64,000 bases of DNA from Lama glama (lineage: Eukaryota): positions 8,806,001 through 8,870,000 of the forward strand of contig CM052818.1 in NCBI GenBank assembly GCA_028534125.1. The letters run 5' to 3'. A program made the translations under genes and the position numbers. Positions 37,951 to 50,255 of this stretch are shown here, in pieces (position 1 is the first letter of the stretch; each line of letters begins with the position of its first letter). The notes under the pieces are model-generated. The model searched no databases and had not been told where the DNA came from. It worked only from the letters and a program-made list of their open reading frames with translations.

Positions 37951-39405
37951 ATCTAAGAAATCAGAATTATAATCCCAAACTTAACAGGGTTGCGTGAGGA
38001 TACAGAAATGTGTATAAAACGTCTAACGCAATGCTTTTGCACTTAACAGTAGCTCTTCGTAATAAAAATGGCATGTCTGCATAAACACAACCAAATGGAA
38101 CAATGTTTATCATTGAAAAGCACTGACACCCACACTGAGGTCATTCTCACAAGAAGTACAAGGATTGGGAAGATACTAGAAACAGGTACAGCTGGGTTAA
38201 GCTGTTGAAGGTCACGGCAGGGCAGAGGCGCCACAGGACAAGACACATGTGGAGACAGAGTCTGAGGCCCCTGAGGGAACTCTGATTCTCGGGCTTCTGT
38301 TCCTGCGTATCAGTAATAACAAGAGGAAACTAACATCAGAAGAAAAAAACAATGAGACGTTTACTATCTTCTCTGTAAAATATGGCCACTTGAGCTTAAA
38401 GTGGGTTCTCTAGATTAATGAAAAAAGCTTTTATATTCTAAGAGAACCTTCTGCTGCTGTGTAATTAGGAAACAGAAATAAGAAATAATCCTACGGTGGG
38501 TTCTAATGGCTCAAGTTCAACAAGGTCTGCCAGCCACCAAAGAGCTGCTCCAGATAAGGCTCATGCTTTCAAATGTCAAAGGCACTGCTCGCCCAGGAGC
38601 ACCCCAATTAAAATTCAGATTTTTTTTTTCAGAGCTAAAAGTCGCATTTCTCGATGCCTTGAGCTTAAGAAATGTCATGAGGAGCAGCTGCTTGTCTCAG
38701 GACTTAGGTTGAAAGAAAAAGGAACGCTTTGTCCCTCACCCACCATACTACAGTTTGAATGGAGGTGTGGGGACTGATGGGAGAGGATGGGGAGAAGGGC
38801 TGGGAGGAGGTGCCCCAGCCTGGGAGGCGGGCCAGCGGGTCGAGTGGGAGCAACACTCCCCCGTGAATACCTTCCAGTCCTCCCCCGTCTCTGCTCCCTG
38901 CTCTGCCCTCTATATGCCTTGTGAAAGCTCTGCTCAGGATGGAATTTAACCAGCAGACATGTGCTGAGGGGAAGGGATCCCCATAGTTTAAAATAAAGAC
39001 GTTTTCAAGCTCTAGGAGCTCTTTGAGCAGAGAACAAAGGCTCAAAGCAAAGGACTCATTTCTCGTCTTGATTTAAAGGTTAGTGAGCCAACAGGAGAAG
39101 CATGTTTTCTGAGAGGAGCCTTTGGAGTCCCAAAAGTGGTGGCCCCTGTTGTATCCCTGAAGAGCTGGTCTTCTCTCACTTCCTCTCTGTTCCTCGGTTG
39201 CCTGCTTACTTGGCTGTGAGTTTGTTAATGAAATAGTCCGTTCCTCGAGGATTTAACTCTTTTTTTGGCCTGCTAGATCAGTCTTAGTATAAAGGAGTAT
39301 TTTGAAAATCTCCCACCATAGAGTTAGGTATACAAAGGTAGAGTAGACTTACTTCTTACAGTGCTGTTTTCTCTCGTCCTCATCTTCCCCTATCCTGAGA
39401 TTTTT

Positions 39406-39546
39406 ATTGAATTATTTTTTTGTGGGGAGAGAGGTAATTAGATTTATTTATCAGTATTATTTTTTTAAGTGGAGGCACTGGGGATCGAACCCAGGACCTT
39501 GTGCATGCTAAGCGTGTGCTCTACCACTGAGCTATACCCTACCCCT
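39406..39546 (-). mobile_element. tRNA-derived SINE (Vic-1-like)
   Basis: Perfect 16-bp TSD CTATCCTGAGATTTTT at 39390-39405 and 39547-39562. Confidence 0.92.
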
Positions 39547-41695
39547 CTATCCTGAGATTTTTGCTTTGATTCACTTGTTGCTTGGGAAGAGGCTCTTCGT
39601 TTGAATACATTTTTAAAATGGAGTGTGTGGGTGATACACTCTCCGCAACACATCAGCTCCACCTTGAGAGGTGAGACTGTCAGGCAGGGTTGCAGAATTC
39701 TAAGGTCAAGGCCCTCTTCCTTCAGTTGTCATTAGATGTTATTCACAGTCTTCTAGAGTCCAGTGTTGCAGATGAAACCCTGATGGCAATCTGATTCTCC
39801 TTTATAAGTTATTTGTTCTTTCTGTCTGGAAGGTTATAGAAATTTCTTTTTATCCTGGGCATTGAGGAATTTCACGGGATAATACTAGCTGTGTGCCTTC
39901 GTCCTCAATCCCAGCCTGGAATTTAGTAAGCCCTTTTAAATTACGTCTTTCTTAAATTCAGAGGCATTTTCTTATGTCATTTATTTATTGTCACTCTTTG
40001 GAATTCAGTTCATTTGGCCTTGTGACTTTAGTTCTCTGATGGGCTCAGGGAAAGTTATGATTTGTAGATGGTCTTTTTCTCAGTTTGGATGGGAGCTGCG
40101 TTCTGTGTTCTTTTACAGCTTTCTGCATCCTCTGTAGAAACAGAACTTTTTCTGGTGAAATTTATTTGGGGCCTAGAAAGGAGGTAGGAATGCTGTGTTT
40201 GGCTCGATTCCCTGCCAGGGGACAAGCTGTTTGTGGACAAAGGATTATCTCTGGATGGTGACTCTTTTTTCCTACTTTTAATTTGACTGTAATTTCCCCA
40301 GTTAATTTCACAATGAGCCATCACTACTTGATAAAAACAACCAAAACACCAAACTTTGAAGCATTTCTTTTACACAATTGTTTTCAATGACAGTGAAACA
40401 ACTCCTGAGAGCACCTTCTCCGGACTCACCAGAGACAGCAGCCTATTCAGGGCACCACGGGACACCGTGCAGAAGTACACTCAGCAAACGAACACAGCTC
40501 TGCTGCTCTAGGACGCAGCTCCCTCGGCCCCGGCCTTGGCTCAGGCGGCAGGAAAGCCAGTCTCTGGATATTTCCTTTCACAGCCACCACTTCCCCCCAG
40601 CTGGGGAGGGCCAGGATGCAGCCTCTGTTCCTTTGCTCCCATTCTGCTTTTGTGGGAAAGGGCCAGGTGCCAGCTCAGCGGGCAGGTGCTTGTTCCCTGC
40701 TGAGATGACATGCTCTCCTAGCACCCTCTCTGCTAATGGCCAAGATCTTAGTGAAAAATAAACAGCAAAATAAGAACACTGGTCAGGGAGTCAGAAGGCT
40801 TACTCCCAGCTCTGCCACTAAGTCTTGACCTTAGCCGAGTCACTGAGCTTCAGATTCTTCATTTGTAAAATAAAGGTAACAATCATAAGCACATCACTGG
40901 GCTTTTTTAGGAGGACTCGATGTGATGATGTTACATAGATGATGTAATACATTTTGTAAACTGTAAACAACCATTATCATTTCATTTTGTTAAGTAAATT
41001 AGGCTTGGGAGTGGAATGGAGTGGGGGCAAGTAGGCCCCCAGTGTCACTTGCAAATCTCATACTTTGGGGCAAAATCTGGAGATAATAACAGTATCTCTC
41101 TGTTCTCATGTCTTTTACTCCCTCCACGCCCCACCCTCCCTCTGTGGAATCTCAGGCTGTGGGTGTGGGGGCAGGGGCAGGTGCAGGTGCAGGCTGCCCT
41201 GTGATCATAACACTCAGGCCTCCTTCCTTCCTGTCACCTTCTACCCTGGCTCCGTGGCATGTGTGTTGCAGGAAAGCCTTATGTAAGATCAAGTGGAAAT
41301 GACTAAGTACCTGGTAAGTGCTTCTCTGCTGGCCCTTTAATTGAAAACAAGGAACCCGTTAATAACAGTACATTGGGCTGTGACGTCTTCTCTGTCCTTG
41401 CCATTGTGTTCAGTGTAGATGCTGCCTAGCTGACTTCTCTGGAAGGGGAGAAAGCTCTTCCCTCAAACAGGAGGTGTGCTCCAGTCCCTTCCCCTACCCC
41501 TACCCCCACCACAGAAACACACCTCTGTCTGCAGCTCCTCAACCAAACAGGGACTTCCAGATAGCACAGCCAGAGACCTGGAGGAAGCATAGCCAGGTCA
41601 TCCCATGATGGGAGCTTTCTAGGTGAGGAGGGGGCCGGGGATGGAGTTGGCACTACTGGCTGGTGGGTGATAGAACACATTTAAAAAGTGCTTCC

Positions 41696-41859
41696 TTGCA
41701 CAGGGAACTATATTCAATTTCTTGTAAAAACATATAAAGCAAAAGAATCTAAAAAGAAAAAATACATATGTATGTATATGTATAACTGGATCACTTTGCT
41801 GTACACCTGAAACTAACATTGTAAATCAACTACACTTCAATAAGAATTAAAAAATAAAA
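41696..41859 (+). mobile_element. Short L1 3' end
   Basis: gcacagggaactatattcaat...ctgtacacctgaaactaacattgtaaatcaactacacttcaat; TSD TAAAAAGTGCyTCC. Confidence 0.85.
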
Positions 41860-43324
41860 TAAAAAGTGCCTCCCTTTGATTAATTTCTCTTGATGTCATA
41901 GAGCCTGACCACTTGACTGCTGATAGATATTCCCTTCTTTTTTGCATGAGAAAAGGCTACCTTTTATCTTAATTTATTAATTCACTTCAAAGTCATATAT
42001 GTGAACATCTTTGAACATGTCTCAACGCAAGATCTAAACTAGTAACAGTAACTTATATTTACCCTTGTGTTTCTCCCTACTCCTTGGTTTTCATTTTTGT
42101 ATTTATTTGTGTGTTTGTTTGTTTATTTGTTTTTAACACCTTTCTACGGTATGATTCCTGTACAGTAAGCTACATATATTTGAGATGAATAATTTGATGA
42201 ATTTTGACTGATGTTCGTTTTGCATTTAGAATTTCCTCCCTTTTCAAAGTAGTTTGTTATGCTGCATTAATTTTTAATTAATGTTAAATTATATTTAACT
42301 AGTGTAATGCTGACTTAATGTTTAGTTTTGGCTGTTTTTAAACTTTATAGAGAAAGTATGCTATATGCAAGTCTTGTGGGCTTGCTTCTGTCACTCAGCA
42401 TGTATAATAAAATTATCTGTAATAACAATGTTGCACGCAGTTGTAGTTCATTGTTTTCATTGTTGCATAATATCCCACTGCGTGAATATATCAGTTTATC
42501 CATTTACCTGTCGGTGGAAATTTTAGATATTTTGGGGTTTGGTTTTTGTTTATTTTTATTAGTATGCAAGGAGCTGCTAAGAATATTCTTATCTGTGTAT
42601 CCTGATGTACGTGCTGGATCATGGAACATGTGAATATTCAATTTTACAATATATTTAATATGGTCAATTTATCAAGATTTTCTCTTTTCGGCTGGTGCTT
42701 TCTTGAACTTTATTAAAGAACTTCCTCTCTTCTCTAGTGCAAGAAAGGCAATCATTTATCTTTTCTTCCAAGATAAACACATGAAGACATGCTTTGACAC
42801 TGCCCTTAATCCACGTAGAGCTGATTTCATGTACCTGGTATGGGGATCCTGTTTCATTTTTATCCATGTGGATGTCTTTCTAGCTCCAGTTACTGAATAG
42901 TTACTCTTTGCCCCAGATATGACATACTATTAACATTGTATTTCATACTGATTCTTCACTGGAGAAACATTTTTCCCTCATAGTCTTAGTAAAACATTAT
43001 ATTGATCCTTAAAACATTATATCACTATATTACCATTTTTAAAACTGTTAAAAAGTTATTGTTTCCAGAAAATGTACTCCCCACCAGCTATGCTTTGGGT
43101 CCTGTCCCTCAGCTTCCCTCACAGCATCAGGCAAGTGCCTGCTTGGCCCATCGGTCTTTAGTGTGGCTCTGTAGTCATGACGCCAGCAGGAGGCTCCGCT
43201 ATTGGTCGGCAGGGGACTCACATGTGGATGAAAGTCAGAGACAACCTAAGGGCCTGGGAAAACCAGGTCTGGGGGTAGGAATGAGTTAGCTCAGAATCAT
43301 TCTGAACAATAAGGCACTATTTGG

Positions 43325-43778
43325 GGCTGGGTTGAATTGTGTTCCCCAAAAAGATATGTCCTAGCCTCTGAACCTGTGAATATCAACTTATTTAGAAACA
43401 GGGTATTTGCAGATATATTCAAGTTAAGACGAGGTCATACTGGATCAGAGTGGATCCTAATCTAATGACTGGTGCCCCAAAGAAGAGGGAAATTTGAGCA
43501 CAGACACACAGGGGAGAAGGCCACGTGAAGACGGACCTTGAGATTGGAGTGGTGTATCTATAAGACAGGAAATGCCGAAGACTGCCAGCAACCATGAGAC
43601 GCTGGGAAGAGGTAAGAAGGAAGGATCCTCCCCAAGAACCTTCAGACAGGATATGGCCCAACCAACACCCTGATTTCAGACTTCTGGCCTCCAGAACTGT
43701 GAGAGAATAAATTTCTGCTGTTTTAAGGCACTCAGTTTGGGGTATTTTGTTAGAGCAGTCCTAGGAAACTAATGCAGG
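43325..43778 (+). mobile_element. MLT1B/C-like MaLR LTR
   Basis: gggttgaattgtgttccccaaaaagatatgt...ttctggcctccagaactgtgagagaataaatttctgctgttttaag. Confidence 0.85.
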
Positions 43779-44910
43779 CACCTTGTCCATCACCAAACAA
43801 TGGCAAGTCTCAACGAGAGGATACAGGATACAGTGGCTAACAAGTCCCCGGCCTTTCCCATCCCCAACGGTCCTGGCTCCTTGTCTCTCCTGGATTCCAT
43901 CCTCCAAAAGGAGGCCTACTCTGCCAGCCATTCTTGAGATTAAAAATCAGGGGAAGGAAGCAAACAGCCAGAGACCAGAGGATTTGAAAGCCTGCGAGCC
44001 GGGGGGTGGGGGGGTGGGGGTGGACCTGCAGCAAGTAAGCAAGAGAGAGCAACTGGGGAGGGGGAGGGGAAGCAGGAAAAGGGGAAGCAGAAGCGGGAGA
44101 GGGGGAAGCACCGAGCATTGCACCTGCCCCGGGGGGGGGGGGGGTCAGAAGTGCTCCTCCAGGCCCAGCGGTCTGTGAGAAAAGCCAATGAAAGACCTGA
44201 GTTTTTTAAGCGACTTGTGGGCTCATGGTCTGTTGGCAGCGCAGGAACTTCAGCGCAGGGCTGAGCCCTGGGACGGGGCTCCAGGGGCTTTTCTGCTGAG
44301 CGCTTGGCAGACCTTCTCCCCTCCTGCTCCAGCAACCCTCTGAGAAGAGTGCTGACTTCGATGATGAAACTTTGCTAAATGGCCAAGTTCAAAAAGCTCA
44401 GATTGCCCTGTGTCCAGCTCAGAACCAGAAGTGGCCAGGAACCTCGCCCAGGGCAGCTCCTGAAAGTGGGCGGTCGATCCTACCACTGGTCGGCATGCTC
44501 AGAACAGCCTTGCTTCCCAGGATGACGGCAGCTTTGTTTCCCTCGAGGAGAATGGACGAATGTGTGCATCTGGCACTGAGGATGGGCCAGGCAAGGGGGA
44601 CAGAGGTGGAGGCCACAGCATGGGCTCTGGAGCCAAGCTGCCAGGGTTCCCTCCAGCTTGGCCTCTTTCTGGCTAAGCATGTTATCAACTCCCTGGGCCT
44701 CTGTTTCCTTGTCTGAAAAATGGATGTGATAAATAGTTCCCACCTCAGGGAGTAGCTGTGAGGATTAAGTGAGCTAATACAGCAAGTGTTGCATCAGGAG
44801 TAGCATTGGCACAGAGGGAACACTCAGTAAAGTTCGCTCGCCATAAGACATGATGCCCTCAACAGATCTGACCAGACCTTAGCTACAAATAACACACATC
44901 ATCAAGACTT

Positions 44911-45148
44911 GGGGGGGTGGTAATAGCTCAAGTGGTAAGTGCTTGCTTAGCATGCATGAGGTCCTGGGCCCAATCCCCAGTACCTCCTCTAAAAATAAAT
45001 AAACCTAGTTACCTCCCCCCACCAAAATAAAATAATTAAATAATATTGTCGGAGCCAGCCGACCTCCGACATAATATAATAATAAATAATACATAAAAAG
45101 TTTGAAAACAAAAGAAGAAACAATTCATAGAAAAATTAAAAAAAAAAG
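44911..45148 (+). mobile_element. tRNA-derived SINE (Vic-1-like) with long A-rich tail
   Basis: taatagctcaagtggtaagtgcttgcttagcatgcatgaggtcctggg...; short TSD AAGACT at 44904-44909 and 45149-45154. Confidence 0.88.
45047..45071. mobile_element. 25-bp TG...CA element with 8-bp terminal inverted repeats and 6-bp TSD
   Basis: TAATAT [TGTCGGAG CCAGCCGAC CTCCGACA] TAATAT, inserted in the SINE tail. Confidence 0.7.
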
Positions 45149-45347
45149 AAGACTCTGACAGGTAGATTTCAATCAGCGTAAGAATAAATTTCACTCTCAT
45201 TATATATTGTACCTTAAAATATTAGCTAATTATAACACTACATGTATATTTAAAAATACAAATATTCACAAGTCTCTCAGTGCAGGGGAATTCCAAGTAA
45301 TTTATGTAGTTACACCACCCTGGAGGGGAGCATAACTCTTTAGTCTT

Positions 45348-45491
45348 ATTTTTTTTAAATAAAAACTTTTTTTATTTCAGAAATTTTTTCTTTACTTTTC
45401 TTTTCTTTTTTTTTAATGGAGGTACTGGGAATTGAACCCAGGACCTCATGCATGCTAGCATGCGCTCTGCCACTGAGTTATACCCTCCCCG
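45348..45491 (-). mobile_element. tRNA-derived SINE (Vic-1-like)
   Basis: ccactgagttataccctcccc head; TSD TTAGTCTT at 45340-45347 and 45494-45501. Confidence 0.88.
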
Positions 45492-45499
45492 TCTTAGTC

Positions 45500-46105
45500 T
45501 TTAAAGTGAGCTACACATAGTGACTTCCTTCCAAAGAATACAGTATGGAAGTGGGGGAGGGGTGGTAATTTCACAGTGGACAAACCTAATCAGCACTACC
45601 TCAACCAGAGGTCATCGACAATGATGTCATGTTGACAGAATGTATGTATGTGATGAGGTAACACTTTACCTCAGGAGTCTTCCTCCCCAGAACCCAAAAC
45701 TCCAGTCTACAATGAGAAAAACCTCAGACAAATTCCAATGGACAAGCATTCTACAAAACCCCTCACCAGTACTCCTCAAAACTGTCAAGGTCATCAAAAA
45801 CAAAGTCTGAGAAACGGTCACAGCCTAAGAAGACACGACAACTAAATGGAACCTGTTGTCCAGATGGGATCCTGGAACAGAAAAAGGACATCTGGTAAAA
45901 ATCAAGAAACTAGGAGTAAAGTATGGACTTTGATTAATAGTAATGTATCAATACTGGTTCATTAACGGGGACAAATGTATCATACTAATGTGAGATGTGA
46001 GTAAAAAGGGAAACTGCATACAGGGTATATGGGAACTCTGTGCCGTATTCACAATAATTCTGTAAAGCTCAAACTATTCTAAAAAACAAAGATTATTTAA
46101 TAAAA
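45500..46105 (+). mobile_element. L1MC-like 3' UTR
   Basis: catagtgacttccttccaaagaatacagtatggaa...ccagtactcctcaaaactgtcaaggtcatcaaaaacaa. Confidence 0.8.
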
Positions 46106-46432
46106 ATATTGGTGATTGGCTTTTGATGATTGACAGGGTGTTCAAGAGTCTACGCCATCATTTGTAATCCCATACCGCCTCATGGTCTTTCTTATGGTTT
46201 TGTCACGTAACCATTTAATATGGGAAAAGCAGGCACAGGATTGGCTGTTTGGAGTTGACTGTGCCACTCTCTAGCTGTGTGACCTTGGGCATGTCCCTAA
46301 GCCAGCCTGAACCTCTCCTTGCACCTGTGTGAAGAGCAGGGGGTGTGCAAGGCAACAACAACACTCACAATAGTTAACAACACTGACTGAGAGCTTCCTA
46401 CCTGCCCTGCCCTGTTCCAAATGCTTCACCTG

Positions 46433-46718
46433 GGAGGAGGGGGGTGGGAAGGGATAGACATTTGTAGATACTGACAGGCATGTGTAGAATAGATAAAAAA
46501 GATTATACTGCATAGCACAGGGAAATATATACAAGATCTTGTGGTAGCTCACAGCGAGAAAGAACGTGACAGTGAATATATGTGTGCTCATGTATAACTG
46601 AAAAACTGAGCTTTACACTGGAAATTGACACAACATTGTAAACTGACTATAACTCAATAAAAAAAAAAGTAATAAAAAAAATAAAAAGAGAAACAGCTTT
46701 AAAAAAAAACAAAACCCA
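46433..46718 (+). mobile_element. Young camelid-type L1 3' end inserted in a MIR
   Basis: gggaaatatatacaagatcttgtggtagctcacagcg...aactcaataaaaa; perfect TSD AAATGCTTCACCTG at 46419-46432 and 46719-46732. Confidence 0.92.
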
Positions 46719-47367
46719 AAATGCTTCACCTGAACTGACTCATTGAATCCTCACAATGACCCTATGTGGAAGGTGCTAGCACGATCCCCATTTTTCAGAG
46801 GAGGAAACGGTTCACTTCCTTCCAGCTGAAGTGTGTGAACCACAGCCTTCTTTCCCTTTCTCCGAAGGCATTTCTCATGGTGAGTAATACTCGAAGGAAA
46901 TCACCTGAGCTTTGGAGCCCGACCAGCACCAGCTGTGGGACTGTGCACAACACGACCCCTCCGATCTCAGTTCCTGCTTCTGTTGAGTGGGGACTGCACT
47001 TCACTACAATCTACAGAGGGTTTATGTGCATGGGAGGACAACGTAGGACTCACAGCAGGTGATGAATAAGTTTACCTTCTTGGTTTAAAGTGGCCAGGGC
47101 CGTACACCCTCAAACTAGGTGCCAGGGTGAGGAGGAGACCACTAGTAAGCTTGGTAGGTCAGGTGGTCTGGGTCCCGGGCTAGCCAGGAGACGGTTACCA
47201 CCCTCCAGCAGCACGGAGGTCTGGGATGGTCGTGGGGACCCTGTGGCTGATTCCTAACCAGCTTTCCAACCAGCAGTAGAGCTTGCCCATCCCAGCTCTG
47301 CTGCAGCGGCAGAGAGGTACAGTGGGGTCAGACAGATGCATGCACTCACATCCTGGGCTCCTTACCT

Positions 47368-47850
47368 TCTGGGGAACTAACCTACTCTGGTCACCAATTC
47401 CAATGTGTGTGTGTTGGGGCAGGCAGTTTTCCACACACCAACAAGTAGTTTTCTGACTCCAGATGAGTGCTACAATTCAACTCAATTCTGACACTGTCTA
47501 CCTGGAGATAGCACAGGTTAAGGGGCTCAGTCCCACAATACTACCTTCACCTGCCCCCAACTTCAGAAACCAAACACAAGTCCAGGTTGCCACCTGTGCT
47601 TCTGACCAACTAGCTATAGATTAGAGGTTCAATGACACCCTTGCTTGGGTTTCATTAATTTGCTAGAGTGATTCACAGAATTCAGGAAACCCATGTATAT
47701 ACTCCCTAGATTATAGGTTTATTTTAAAGGGATATAACTTAGGAACAGCCAGATGGAAGAAATGCAGAAGACAAGGTATGGGGAAGGTACACTCCTGAGT
47801 GCCCACTCTCCTCAAATCTCCACGTGTTCCCCAAACCAGAAGCTCTCAGG
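47368..47850. mobile_element. MER21-like LTR
   Basis: tacaattcaactcaattctgacactgtctacctggagatagc...attaatttgctagagtgattcacagaa...ggaacagccagatggaagaaatgca. Confidence 0.7.
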
Positions 47851-48719
47851 CCATTTTTGCTGTATCAGTTTCACAGCGAATAATGACAGGAAAATAGCAA
47901 ACCTGGGGAAGTTACAAAGTCCTCCTAGGCTGGTCCTTGACTTTCTTGGAATAGAAAGTGTTACTTGTGACAACTGTGGCAACTCCCAGACTTCTGCATT
48001 GAATGTGGCACCCAGACACAGAGGAGTGGCTCACCAACAGAGAAATTTCAGCCAGTGCCAACTGCATGCAAGGAAAGACAGAAGGGAGACAGGAGGCCTC
48101 CATTCTTCATGAAGAACAGTGAATAAATTCCACTGCTATAGAAATGCCCAGACTGTCTCAGGTCCTAGCTGAGGACAGCCCAGGCAATCGGTGATCTCAG
48201 GTAGGCTGGCCTGTTCCTTGGGGACGGTGGGCTGGATACAGAAGGAAGACTCATTAGCCTGGTGCAGAGAAGATGGGGGAGCAGAAAACTGAGCCAAGTA
48301 TCGTCCCCAAAAGTGTCGACTTGAAATATTCACAAAAATGAGTCATGAAAAGAAACCAGAAAAACCAGTGAAATGTGTAACCAGGCTCTCTTTTCTGTTG
48401 CACAAAGCAGGGAGAAGTTATGGCAAGCAATACCGGTGAACACAGCTCTGCAGAGGGCCCCTGCTTGAGAAATCTGCTTGCCTCCACCACACTTCTGGCC
48501 TTGGACTGCGATTGACAGGGGAAACTGAAACTGTGCACAGGCAGGAAAGCCCCTGCAGGAAGCCAGCCATCGGTCCAGGTTACCAGGGCATCTGCCGGCA
48601 GAGGCTCTCCTCCTCTGAGAGAGGATGGGCTTGTGGACTCCAAGATGTGTCCTGCCCCACTGGGCCAAATTAGAGGCCTTTCCCTTGGACAGCATCAAAT
48701 AACAGCACTTCCTCTGCAT

Positions 48720-48880
48720 TCCCGTCTCATTTAATCCCCCTCTTGACAGAGTTAGGGCTAGGGTGTTTATACCTATTTGACAGGTGGGGAAACTGAGGCC
48801 TTGAGACATGAAGTACCTTGCCTAAATTCACATGACCACAAAGTAGCTCAGATTCAACCTGAGTCTTAAACACTGAGTCC
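48720..48880 (-). mobile_element. MIR SINE
   Basis: tctcatttaatcc...gacaggtggggaaactgaggc...aagtaccttgcctaa. Confidence 0.7.
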
Positions 48881-50034
48881 AGTGTGCATCCCCTGCGCAG
48901 CCTGCCTGTCAAGTCAATGGCGTGTGGTTTTTTCAAGTGCTCTCACGTCTACGAGCAGATGCGTTCTAGGTGAGAAATACCAGGCATGGGTCACTGCCCT
49001 CTCCATCTCCCACATCACAAGGGAGAAACGGCTGTTCAAGGAGGTGGGGCTGCCAGAAGCTGCAGTCTGGGTATTAGCCAGCCTCTACCCAAGACTCTAA
49101 TCCAGGCCTTTTTCCATGACACCAGCTGGCTGCCTCCCCCGTCACCACATCTGGAAAAAATGACTCAGGTGATAGTGGGCTCCTCATGTCATCCCCACGT
49201 ACGGAAGACACTGTGCTTTTTATGAGGCACTTCAAAGTGGGAACCCTTGCCCTGGCTTTCCTCCGGGCCTGTGTTAGGTAAAGGTCATGATGTTTGTTAA
49301 TATCTGAGTACACTGGGGCCTGACTCACAGGAAAGGCTTTCAGAGGCTGTGCCTGAGATAAGGCTGACTTCTGGAGGCCTCTCTGCAGACAGCACGAGTC
49401 CCCCGACCCCCACCCCCTGTTGGACTGTCAGCCTCAGAAGCACCAGCTCTGCCCTTCCTGCCTGGCTGTCGCGAGCCCCGTGTCTGACTGGACGGCCTCT
49501 TTTCTCACCTACCAGGGGTCTGTGCTACAGAGCATTCTAACCGCTCGAGAAAGGCAGGAACAAAGAGAGGTTCAGGCCCAAAGACGACTTCCAGTCTCCC
49601 TCTGGGATGGCAGTGTTTCTGGCTATGAAGAAAAGTTTTCCATCTGTCTCCACAAAGGACTCCACACCTGCTCCTCATTCTCTGTGGCTCTCGACCCCAG
49701 ATTCAGGGCCCCGAGGTGGCCTGAAGCCCTCCCCTGGTCATTGCCTCCCTCTCTGCCCAACACAGCCCAGCAGCCTCTCTGAGGCAGGAACAGGAAATAA
49801 TCCCCCTGGCCAACCCCTTCCCTCCACCTCTGTCCCAACAGGTGATTTAGTAGACGTGGTAACAGGCAAGGTGGTGGGGAGCTGGGATGAAACTTTATTT
49901 GGCCTTGAATCACCCATAGATCCTGCCTTTCTCAGAAGTCAGCCTTATCTCAGGTACAGCCTCTGAAAGACTTTCATTCATGTTCGCCAGATACCAGTGT
50001 GCTCAAGATATGTATATATATATTTTTTTAAATT

Positions 50035-50255
50035 AAGATAATTTTTAAGAGCAGTTTTAGTTTCACAGCAAAACTGAGGGGCGGATACAGAGATTTGCCA
50101 TACACCCCCCCATACACACACATGCCTGACCTCCCCCATTATCTACACCCCCCCCACCAGAGGGGTATATTTGTTACAACTGACAAATCTACATCCATGT
50201 ATCATAATCACCCAAAGTCCACAGTTTACCTTAGGGTTCACCCTTGGTGTTGTCA
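50035..50255 (-). mobile_element. L1MC-like 3' end fragment
   Basis: agagcagttttagtttcacagcaaaactga...cacccaaagtccacagtttaccttagggttcaccc. Confidence 0.8.

Noticed and set aside
44350..44372. ATGATGA box-C-like motif as a C/D snoRNA (similar motif on the minus strand near 1180)
   Set aside because: No convincing terminal stem, correctly spaced box D or recognisable guide sequence.
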